From Clostridia bacterium (GTDB lineage Bacteria; Bacillota; Clostridia; Oscillospirales; CAG-272), in contig JAFUPM010000026.1 in the NCBI GenBank assembly GCA_017481225.1, forward strand, positions 8,418 to 72,417: a stretch of DNA of 64,000 nt, given 5' to 3'. Below the pieces are notes generated by a model. It was not told the origin of the DNA. It worked only from the letters and a program-made list of their open reading frames with translations, and did no database searches. Positions within the stretch are counted from its first letter, which is position 1. The number at the start of each line of letters is the position of its first letter. This document shows positions 26,839 through 35,207 of the stretch, one piece after another. Position numbers and translations under genes: made by a program.

Positions 26839-27108
26839 ATGAAGGCAGTTGTAACCGTAACGGGTAAGGACAGAGTAGGTATTATCGCTATGGCGAGCGC
26901 GGAGTGCGCGAAATACGGTGTCAATATTATCGACATCAGCCAGACGGTAATGAAGGAATATTTTGCAATGATTATGCTTGCGGAGCTTGACGGTATGACG
27001 GTGGATTTCGCCGCCTTTGCCGACTCTATGAAGCTTACGGGCGAGGCTTGGGGAGTAGATATCCGAGTTATGCACGAGGACATCTTCAATTCTATGCACA
27101 AGATATAA
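26839..27108 (+). CDS. ACT domain protein (UPF0237 family)
   Basis: I prefer the start MKAVVTVTGKDRVGIIA at 26839. The ~89-aa protein is paired with a UPF0210 gene, which is the usual arrangement for this family. Confidence 0.75.
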   Translation: MKAVVTVTGKDRVGIIAMASAECAKYGVNIIDISQTVMKEYFAMIMLAELDGMTVDFAAFADSMKLTGEAWGVDIRVMHEDIFNSMHKI

Positions 27109-27119
27109 AGAGGTAGGAT

Positions 27120-28478
27120 ATGCTTAACACTACGGATATTCTCGAAACTATAAGAATGATTCGTGACGAGAATCTGGATATCAGAACCGTCACTATGGGT
27201 ATTTCACTTTTCGACTGTATTTCGGACGACCCCGAGAGGCTTTGCACAAAGGTTTATAACAAGGTGACAAAATGCGCAGAAAGGCTCGTCAGCGTTTGCG
27301 AGGAGCTGGAGCGCACCTACGGTATACCTATCGTAAATAAGCGCATCTCCGTAACGCCTCTTTCCTACATCGGCGCAGGGCTGTCCCCCTCGGGCTTTGT
27401 GAAGCTTGCCAAGGTACTTGAGCGCGCGGCGTGCGAGCTGGGAGTCAACTTTATCGGCGGCTACTCGGCGCACGTGCAGAAGGGCGAAATTCTCGGGGCG
27501 AAGAACCTTATTGAATCTATTCCCGAGGCGCTCTCCGAGACGACGAAAATTTGCTCCTCCATAAACGTTGCCACCACTAAGGCAGGCATAAATATGGACG
27601 CCGTCCGTCAGATGGGCGAGATAATTAAAGAGACGGCTTATCTCACGAGGGATAAGGACTCCATAGGCTGCGCAAAGCTTGTCGTGTTCTCCAACATTCC
27701 CGAGGATAACCCCTTTATGGCAGGCGCGGTTCACGGTATGGGCGAGCCCGATACCGTTATTAACGTAGGCGTCAGCGGACCCGGCGTCGTAGCGGTTGCG
27801 GTTAAGGAGGCGGGGGATTGCGATTTCTCTCTCCTTGCGGAGACCGTCAAGCGCATTGCCTTTAAGATTACCAGGGTAGGTCAGCTTATTGCCTCCGAGG
27901 CGGCAAAAAGACTTGGCACGCCCTACGGAATAGTTGACCTCTCCTTAGCTCCCACACCTGCGGCAGGAGACTCCGTTGCGGAGATTTTGGAGAATATGGG
28001 ACTGTCAAGATGCGGAACTCACGGAACCACGGCAGCCCTCGCGCTTCTGAACGATGCGGTGAAGAAGGGCGGAGTTATGGCGTCCAACCACGTGGGAGGA
28101 CTTTCGGGCGCATTTATCCCCGTGTCTGAGGACAGAGGAATGATTGATGCGGCGAAGGCGGGCACTCTAACCCTCGATAAGCTTGAGGCTATGACCGCGG
28201 TTTGCTCCGTCGGACTTGATATGATAGCTATACCCGGCGATACCTCTGCGGCTACCATTTCGGGTATTATTGCCGACGAGATTTCCATAGGCGTTGTAAA
28301 CAATAAAACTACGGCTGTCAGAGTAATTCCCGTTTACGGCAAGGGTGTGGGTGAGTCTGCGGAGTTCGGAGGACTTCTCGGCTATGCGCCCATTATGCCC
28401 GTGAAGGAGGATTCCTGCGAGAGATTTATCGCTCGCGGCGGCAGAATTCCAGCGCCTATTCACTCACTGAAGAACTGA
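27120..28478 (+). CDS. UPF0210 (DUF711, PFL-like) family protein
   Basis: This 452-aa protein has an N-terminus ([24 protein letters not shown]) characteristic of UPF0210. Confidence 0.8.
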   Translation: MLNTTDILETIRMIRDENLDIRTVTMGISLFDCISDDPERLCTKVYNKVTKCAERLVSVCEELERTYGIPIVNKRISVTPLSYIGAGLSPSGFVKLAKVLERAACELGVNFIGGYSAHVQKGEILGAKNLIESIPEALSETTKICSSINVATTKAGINMDAVRQMGEIIKETAYLTRDKDSIGCAKLVVFSNIPEDNPFMAGAVHGMGEPDTVINVGVSGPGVVAVAVKEAGDCDFSLLAETVKRIAFKITRVGQLIASEAAKRLGTPYGIVDLSLAPTPAAGDSVAEILENMGLSRCGTHGTTAALALLNDAVKKGGVMASNHVGGLSGAFIPVSEDRGMIDAAKAGTLTLDKLEAMTAVCSVGLDMIAIPGDTSAATISGIIADEISIGVVNNKTTAVRVIPVYGKGVGESAEFGGLLGYAPIMPVKEDSCERFIARGGRIPAPIHSLKN

Positions 28479-28616
28479 TTTTTGAATTCCCGTTTTGTAA
28501 AAGTAGGCGACTTATTTCTAAAAAATGTAACCTTTACTTGTCAAATACCCTATTTTTATGTCTTTATGTGCGGGGAAATAAAATCTTTTGATATTAAATT
28601 CTGAACAGCATTTTTT

Positions 28617-28671
28617 AAAAAAGCAGGAGCTTTGGAAACGCAGCTTGCGCGACCTTGCTCCTGCTTTTTTC
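28617..28671. terminator. Bidirectional-looking intrinsic terminator
   Basis: The stem aagcaggagc (28621-28630) / gctcctgctt (28657-28666) has an A-run before it and a T-run after it. Confidence 0.7.
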
Positions 28672-28890
28672 TTTGTGGCTTCCAAATTTTGGGTTGGCAG
28701 AGCTGATTTTTCGACAGCGAAAGACAACAAAAATCTTGAAATTATGACAGTTTTTTCAACAATTGTTGAATTTAAGTTGAAGTTTAGTTTAAAAAAGTAT
28801 TATATACTTTACCTTAGATAAATATATTTATATAATCATAAACGCACGCGCACTGACAGTACGGTGTGTAAAAAATAAAGGAATAAAGCT

Positions 28891-30534
28891 ATGAGTGTAA
28901 CCAGTCTTGACGGTAAGATTTTGAAGAATATGCTGATTGGGGGCGTAGAAAACCTTCGCGCTAACTCTCAGGAAATAAACGATTTGAACGTTTTTCCCGT
29001 TCCCGACGGAGATACGGGAACTAATATGACCTTGACACTCGATGGCGGTGTAACTGCGCTGTCGGGCAACGAGGACGAGACGGTCTCGGGCGTTGCTGAT
29101 AAATTTGCTATGGGCGTTCTGCTTGGAGCGAGAGGTAACTCGGGCGTTATACTTTCCCAGATTTTCGCAGGAATAAAGGAAGTGCTGTCTAAGTACGGAA
29201 CCGTTACCGCCCTTGAGCTTGCGGAGGCTTATAAGCAGGGCGTTAAAAAATCCTACGCCGCCGTCTCCAACCCCACCGAGGGAACTATACTTACGGTGTT
29301 CCGTGAAAGCACCGAGTACGCCTCGGCAAATATTGACGAAAGCTCATCTATTGACGATTTTCTGAGGCTTCATATTGACGAGGCGCAGCGTTCTCTTGCC
29401 AGAACCAAGGAGCTTCTTCCCGCCCTTAAGGAGGCAGACGTCGTTGACTCGGGAGGAGCAGGATATCTTTGCGTTGTGGCGGGAATGTATTCTGTTCTGA
29501 CGGGAGAAATGAAGAACGTGGAATATAAGGCAGAGGCGCCTGCCGCGGCAACCCTTGACTTTGACCGCTTCACCAGAAGCTCGGTTATGAAGCGCGGATA
29601 CTGCACCGAGTTCCTTCTCAGATTGACTGAGGAGAAGGTTGACCCCGACAGCTTCGACGTTGGGGCTATGATTGCAATTCTTGAGCTTTTGGGCGGCGAG
29701 AGCATAGTTGCCTACAAGGAGGGGGACATAGTCAAGGTACACGTTCACACCCTTGACCCCGGCAGGGTGCTTACCTCTGCGAGGGAGTTCGGCGAATTCC
29801 TCACTGTGAAAATTGAGAATATGGAGCTTGGTCATTCCGACACCGAGCGCTTAAAGAAAAAGCCCAAAAAGCCTTTTGCTGTGGTTACTGTGGCGAAGGG
29901 TGAGGGAATTTGCTCGCTGTTCCGCGATATGGGTGCTGACGGCATTATATCGGGCGGTCAGACGGATAACCCCTCGACGGAGGAGTTTATAGAAGCCTTC
30001 CGCCAGGTCGAGGCAGAGGACATTATAGTCCTTCCCAACAACAAAAACGTTATGCTTGCGGCGCGTCAGGCGGCTGAGCTTTACACCGACTCGAGAATTC
30101 ATATAGTTCCTACCGCAACCCTTATGGAGGGCTACGGTGCGCTGTCGGTTATCACTCCCGGCATTACCGATATCGACGCTATTGTTGAGAGCGCGGAGAG
30201 AGCCGCGAAGAGCATTTTCGGCGGCGAGATAACAAAGGCTGTCCGCGACGTGACTATCGGCGGTGTCGAGGTTCACGAGGGGGATTATATTTCTATTGCA
30301 GGCGGCAAGATTACATCGGTTGCCAAGGACAGAGATACAGCCCTTCTTGATATGCTGGACTCGGCTTGCGATATGGACGAATATGAAATTATTACCCTTT
30401 TCGTCGGCGAGGACGTAGACGACGATGCGAGAGTTGAGATTACAGACAAGCTGGAGGATAAATATCCTGAGCAGGAGGTTATAGTGTATAAGGGGAAGCA
30501 GGCCTTATACGATTACCTCATCGCCGTGGAGTAG
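28891..30534 (+). CDS. yloV: DAK2-domain fusion protein YloV
   Basis: This 547-aa protein has an N-terminal DhaL-like domain (LNVFPVPDGDTGTNM; ARGNSGVILSQ) and a C-terminal DegV-like half. Confidence 0.85.
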   Translation: MSVTSLDGKILKNMLIGGVENLRANSQEINDLNVFPVPDGDTGTNMTLTLDGGVTALSGNEDETVSGVADKFAMGVLLGARGNSGVILSQIFAGIKEVLSKYGTVTALELAEAYKQGVKKSYAAVSNPTEGTILTVFRESTEYASANIDESSSIDDFLRLHIDEAQRSLARTKELLPALKEADVVDSGGAGYLCVVAGMYSVLTGEMKNVEYKAEAPAAATLDFDRFTRSSVMKRGYCTEFLLRLTEEKVDPDSFDVGAMIAILELLGGESIVAYKEGDIVKVHVHTLDPGRVLTSAREFGEFLTVKIENMELGHSDTERLKKKPKKPFAVVTVAKGEGICSLFRDMGADGIISGGQTDNPSTEEFIEAFRQVEAEDIIVLPNNKNVMLAARQAAELYTDSRIHIVPTATLMEGYGALSVITPGITDIDAIVESAERAAKSIFGGEITKAVRDVTIGGVEVHEGDYISIAGGKITSVAKDRDTALLDMLDSACDMDEYEIITLFVGEDVDDDARVEITDKLEDKYPEQEVIVYKGKQALYDYLIAVE

Positions 30535-30539
30535 GGTAG

Positions 30540-30625
30540 TTTTTTGCGAATCGCGGCAGAGTTTTTCGACTTGCGGTACCCTCGTACCGCTGGCGCCGGA
30601 AAAATCTTTGCGCTTCATCAAAAAA
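30540..30625. repeat. Family-A 86-nt palindromic intergenic repeat, copy 2
   Basis: The copy starts 5 nt after the yloV stop codon and matches copy 1 at 85 of 86 bases. Confidence 0.85.
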
Positions 30626-30892
30626 CTAATCGTCTCGGAATGAGTGTTTAAATGTTTGGAATTGTAGTAAAGGATATTCTAGCTCGTGGCGAAAGCGAAA
30701 AAGACAAATAATTGCAGCTCGAAGAACTGCTTTTATACAGGCTGGCGCCGGAAAAATCTTTGCGCTTCATCAAAAAAGGTTTTGCGGAGTGAATAAAACA
30801 AATTGTTGGATTTGTAGTAAAGGATGCTTGTGCATTGGGCGAAAGCGAAAAGATAAATAAAAAATAAATTTTTGAGCTGTTTTAATAGGCTG
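30626..30892. repeat. Two tandem composite modules of family A (right half-palindrome plus conserved boxes)
   Basis: Three boxes recur in the same order: aattgtt(t/g)gga(a/t)ttgtagtaaaggat, ggcgaaagcgaaaa and aggctg(gcgccggaaaaatctttgcgcttcatcaaaaaa). The half copy lies at 30739-30777. Confidence 0.7.
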
Positions 30893-30984
30893 TCGAAAAC
30901 AACTTTGTTTTGCAACGAATATTGGAAAGGGCGAATGAAATTTGGCTTTTGCGGTTTGCGTTGAGAGAAGAAAGGAGCTTTTAA

Positions 30985-31962
30985 ATGAAAAAATATAAGG
31001 TAGTAATAGACGTTTGCGGTAGCGACAAGGGTCCTGAGATGATGGTGCGCGGAGCGCTTGCGGCGCTTTCTGAGCACGAGGAGCTGGAGCTTTTGCTTGT
31101 CGGAGACCGCGAGGTTATAGATGGCGTGTGCCGCGAGGGCGGCGCGGATATGGAGCGTGTGGAGATACTTCACGCAGAGGAGGTTATAACTAATTATGAC
31201 AGCCCTGCGACGGCTCTGTTTGAAAAGAGAAATTCTTCCCTCGTTAAGGCGCTTGCGGCTTTGTCCTCAAGGGAGGACCTTGTGGGACTCGTTAATGCAG
31301 GCAGCACGGGCGCGCTTATTGCGGGCAGTATGAGATATCTTCCCACGGAGGAGAGGGTAAGACCTGCGCTTGCGGCAACCCTTCCTGCGGAGAAAGGCGG
31401 CTTCGTTTGCCTTGTGGATACGGGCGCTACTATCGACTGCGGAGCGCAGACTCTTCTTCACTTCGCAAGGCTCGGCTCGGCGTTTATGAAGGATATGTAC
31501 AAGCTCGACTCCCCCAGAGTTGGACTTCTCTCCAACGGACGCGAGGAGACCAAGGGCAACAAGGTTGTCAAGGAGGCGCACGCGCTGCTTAGGGCAGAGG
31601 AGAGTCTCAATTTCGTAGGAAATATTGAGGGAACTAACGCTCTCTCGGGCGATTGCGACGTGCTGGTTTGCGACGGATTTGCAGGCAACCAGGTGCTTAA
31701 GGTCACCGAGGGAACGGCTAGAAGAATTATTACCGATATAGTTAAGATAGCTAAATCGACGGGTAACGAAAGCTATATGGCTCTTGTGGCAACCCTTATG
31801 GCGAAGTATGACTTCAACTCCTTAGGCGGCGGAATTATCCTCGGTGTAAGGAAGCCCGTAATTAAGGCTCACGGCGCATCTAACGAGGAGTCAATCAAGA
31901 ACGTGACGGGTATGATTCTCAACCTGGCGCAGAATAAGGAAGCCTTTGCAGGCAGGGTTTGA
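30985..31962 (+). CDS. plsX: Phosphate acyltransferase PlsX
   Basis: This 325-aa protein has the DVCGSDKGPE, VNAGSTGA and GFAGN motifs. Confidence 0.9.
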   Translation: MKKYKVVIDVCGSDKGPEMMVRGALAALSEHEELELLLVGDREVIDGVCREGGADMERVEILHAEEVITNYDSPATALFEKRNSSLVKALAALSSREDLVGLVNAGSTGALIAGSMRYLPTEERVRPALAATLPAEKGGFVCLVDTGATIDCGAQTLLHFARLGSAFMKDMYKLDSPRVGLLSNGREETKGNKVVKEAHALLRAEESLNFVGNIEGTNALSGDCDVLVCDGFAGNQVLKVTEGTARRIITDIVKIAKSTGNESYMALVATLMAKYDFNSLGGGIILGVRKPVIKAHGASNEESIKNVTGMILNLAQNKEAFAGRV

Positions 31963-32097
31963 TTGATATATATTTTTGAGTATATCGGTAGGACGGGCTT
32001 GAAAAATTATACATAAAAAGCGCGGAAATTCTAACTATACTTTACATTATCGTTAAAAAAACGGAGAAATTCTCCCGAATATAGAAAGGAAAAAGAA

Positions 32098-32994
32098 ATG
32101 AAAACGAAAATTATGTGTACGTCTACGGGCTGTATTGAGTACGCGCCCGAAAGATACAGAAATCTCGGAATTGATATTATAAGAGTACATATTTACTTCA
32201 AGGGCGAGGAGTACCTTGAGGGCTTGGACCTTGACCCTGTGGATTTCTACAGTCAGCTTGAGGAGCTTGAGGAGCCGAAGAACAATCTCCCCAAAACCGG
32301 AATGCCCACGCCTCTTGAGATAAGACAGCATTTCGACAAGGCGGTAGAGGAAGGATATGACGAGGCAATAGTTTTCGCTATTTCCTCGGGACTTGGCGGA
32401 ACCTATAACGAGATAGACCTGGTTAGTCGCGATTATGCGGACAAAATCAAAATTCACGTTATCGACACCAAGATTACCAGCTTTGGCGAGGGTATGCTTG
32501 CTATTAAGGCGAAGGAGTTCGTTGATAAGGGTATGCCTACGGAGCAGATTCTTAAGGAAATAAAGTGGATTATGGACCGCCAGGAGTTTATGGGAGTTGA
32601 CGCGAAGCTTGACTATCTCATTTACAACGGCAGACTTAAGGGCGGTAAGGCGTTTATGGGTCAGATGCTTAAGATTTGCCCCGTCGTTCACTTCAACCGC
32701 CAGGGTGAGTGCGTAGCCCTTGAGAGCGTAAGAACACCCAAGAAGGCTCTCGCCAGGTCCTGCGAGATTATCAAGGAGAAGATTGGCGACAGAGCTCCCG
32801 AGGATTACCTCCTTTGGCACGTTTATACGGGTCCCTCCCTTGTAAAAACTCTTTGTGAAATTGAGGAAAAGTACGGAATACAGACAAATCACGAGGACGT
32901 AATTATGTCGCCTGTAAGCGGAGCGCATAATGGGCCGTGGCTTGCGGGATATGGGTATTTTCCCCTTCGCCGTCCCGACGAGCCGCTAGAGTAA
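32098..32994 (+). CDS. DegV family fatty-acid-binding protein (divergent)
   Basis: This 298-aa protein has ISSGLGGTYN, VIDTKITSFGEG and LDYLIYNGRLKGG, matching the DegV motif order. Confidence 0.75.
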   Translation: MKTKIMCTSTGCIEYAPERYRNLGIDIIRVHIYFKGEEYLEGLDLDPVDFYSQLEELEEPKNNLPKTGMPTPLEIRQHFDKAVEEGYDEAIVFAISSGLGGTYNEIDLVSRDYADKIKIHVIDTKITSFGEGMLAIKAKEFVDKGMPTEQILKEIKWIMDRQEFMGVDAKLDYLIYNGRLKGGKAFMGQMLKICPVVHFNRQGECVALESVRTPKKALARSCEIIKEKIGDRAPEDYLLWHVYTGPSLVKTLCEIEEKYGIQTNHEDVIMSPVSGAHNGPWLAGYGYFPLRRPDEPLE

Positions 32995-33078
32995 TTTCTG
33001 CGAATCGCGGCAGAGTTTTTCGACTTGCGGTACCCTCGTACCGCTGGCGTCGGAAAAATCTTTGCGCTTCATCAGAAA
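32995..33078. repeat. Family-A palindromic intergenic repeat, copy 3
   Basis: The copy starts immediately after the degV stop codon. It differs from copy 2 at a few positions only. Confidence 0.85.
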
Positions 33079-33190
33079 TTACGTGATTTTTTGCGAAAGT
33101 GGCAGTTTTAATTGTTTAGATTTGTCGTAATGCATACTTTGGCTTTGAGCGAAAGCGGAGAGGTGATTATTCAAAGCGCGGAGGACTGCT

Positions 33191-33432
33191 CTGTGTAGGC
33201 TGGCGCCGTAAAAATCTTTGTGCTTCATCAAAAAAATCAGCGAGTAAAGGTTAAAGAGTGGTATTGTGTACCTAAATGATTTTATTTGGAGCGGTAAGTA
33301 TTCAAAAGCGCAGGTGACTGCCCTGTGTAGGCTGGAGTATAAATAACTTCGTGCTTCATCAAAAAAACATCGGGTAAAGGTTAAAGAGTAATATTGTGTA
33401 CCTAAATGATATTATGTGTAGGCTGGCGTATA
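33191..33432. repeat. Local tandem amplification of a family-A derived module (132 nt + 91 nt + a partial unit)
   Basis: Units begin with ctgtgtaggctgg at 33191, 33323 and 33414. Each contains tgcttcatcaaaaaaa and taaaggttaaagagt..tattgtgtacctaaatgat. Confidence 0.75.
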
Positions 33433-33527
33433 AGTGAACGGCTCGCGAGGTAAGACGCGGCGGCAGGTTGGGTTCGGTTAATAAATGCGGTTCTTCGGAA
33501 TCGGGAAGTGAAAAGGAACTTTGATTT

Positions 33528-34649
33528 ATGGTTAATGTAAGAGAAGTTAAGACGAAAAGGGATATAAAGGAATTCATAGAATTTCCTTTGAGGCTGTATC
33601 GCGGATGCGATAATTTCGTGCCGCCGCTTTATGGGGACGAAAAGAAAATGATTTTGGCGGGCGGTAAGCCCGACATTGCCGAGTCGGTGTTCTTCCTCGC
33701 GGAGCGAGACGGCGAGACCGTCGGCAGGATACAGGGTATTCTGCAAAGGCAGTATAACGAGCTTCACGGGGAGCGCAGAATTCGCTTCACCAGGTTCGAC
33801 TCCGTGAACGACACCGAGGTGTCGGGCGCGCTGTTCGGTGCCCTGGAGGCTTGGGGCAGGGAACGCGGAATGACCGAGCTGTGCGGTCCTCTCGGTTATA
33901 GCGACCTGGACAGAGAGGGCTTGCTTATAGAGGGCTTTGATGAGGACTCGACCTTTGAGGAGCAGTATAACTACGACTACTACCCCGCGCTGTGCGAGGC
34001 GGCAGGGCTTGCAAAGGAGGTTGACTGGCTCGAGTTCGAGCTTACGGCTCCAGAGAAGAGAAACGAAATGCTGAAGCGCGTAGCGGACAAGGTCCTTGCG
34101 ATGCACAAGCTGCATATTGCTCCCACCAAGGGTATGTCAAAGAAGGCGTACATAGAGAAGTACCAGGACAGCTTCTTCGATTGCCTTGACGAATGTTATT
34201 CAAAGCTCTACGGAACCGTGCCGATTTCTCCCGAGATGAGGCGTGAGCTTGTGGAGCAGTTTATACTTATCGTAAATAAGGAATTCGCCCTCTTTATCTG
34301 TGACGAAAACGACAGAGTCGTAGCCTTCGGACTTTGCTTCCCCGGTATCGGCGAGGCGGTCAAAAAGAGTGGGGGTAGACTGACACCCTTGGCACTTATG
34401 AAGCTCCTTTCTATCGTAAGAAAGCCGAAAACTATTGACCTCGGACTTGTGGCTGTTCGCCCCGAATATCAAAGCTCGGGCATCAACGCGGCTATTGTAA
34501 ACGGGCTTTGCGAGATGCTTCTCGACGGCAAGGCAGAGAGGTGCGAAACTAACCTCAACCTGGAAACAAATACCGCCGTTATGGCGCAATGGAAGTATTT
34601 TACCGCCCGTCAGCATAAGCGCCGCCGTTCCTATATCAAGTCGATTTAA
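33528..34649 (+). CDS. GNAT-superfamily acyltransferase (two-lobed, ~370 aa)
   Basis: GNAT motif A is recognisable (LVAVRPEYQSSGINAAI). The N-terminal pattern KEFIEFPLRLY resembles those annotated as GNAT family proteins. The substrate is unknown. Confidence 0.6.
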   Translation: MVNVREVKTKRDIKEFIEFPLRLYRGCDNFVPPLYGDEKKMILAGGKPDIAESVFFLAERDGETVGRIQGILQRQYNELHGERRIRFTRFDSVNDTEVSGALFGALEAWGRERGMTELCGPLGYSDLDREGLLIEGFDEDSTFEEQYNYDYYPALCEAAGLAKEVDWLEFELTAPEKRNEMLKRVADKVLAMHKLHIAPTKGMSKKAYIEKYQDSFFDCLDECYSKLYGTVPISPEMRRELVEQFILIVNKEFALFICDENDRVVAFGLCFPGIGEAVKKSGGRLTPLALMKLLSIVRKPKTIDLGLVAVRPEYQSSGINAAIVNGLCEMLLDGKAERCETNLNLETNTAVMAQWKYFTARQHKRRRSYIKSI

Positions 34650-34731
34650 CCGAAATATGTAAATTAAGGTTAGCAAAAACCGCAATTTTAATGGTAAAAA
34701 TTAAAGAAAATAATCAAGGAGATACATAAAA

Positions 34732-34950
34732 ATGCTTGAGAAATTAAAGGTAATACTCGCGAAGGTCGTGCCCGACGTGGATATGTCCAAGGTAACAATG
34801 GAGACAAAGCTCGTCGAGGAGCTGGAGTTCGACTCGCTCTCTATTATGATGATGGCAATGGAGATTGAGGACGCCTTCGGATTTGAGTTCAAGGAGTTCG
34901 TAAAGTTTGAGACCGTAGGCGACGTTTGCAGATACCTCGAAAGCAGGTGA
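34732..34950 (+). CDS. Acyl carrier protein
   Basis: This 72-aa protein has the phosphopantetheine attachment motif L.FDSLSIM and an acidic helix II. Confidence 0.8.
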   Translation: MLEKLKVILAKVVPDVDMSKVTMETKLVEELEFDSLSIMMMAMEIEDAFGFEFKEFVKFETVGDVCRYLESR

Positions 34951-35001
34951 CGGTGCCGCCCGTGCCGTTGCGGAAAAAGCGAAAAATTCCCCAAAATATA
35001 G

Positions 35002-35045
35002 AAAGCACCCGACAAAGGATTTACCTTTCCGTCGGGTGCTTTTAT
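35002..35045. terminator. Intrinsic terminator after the ACP gene
   Basis: The stem aaagcacccgac (35002-35013) / gtcgggtgcttt (35031-35042) is followed by a T-rich tract. Confidence 0.7.
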
Positions 35046-35207
35046 TATTTCTCTCGGTTAAACGAAAATGACTTTTCAGGGGGACCTTTTCGTTATAGCG
35101 TACTTTTTAACTACACCGCAACGTATCTTGTTTAGGTGTACTAAAATTTATCCGAAAGCTTATCTATCCGAGAGCTTATATAATTATCTATCCGAGAGCT
35201 TATGTAA

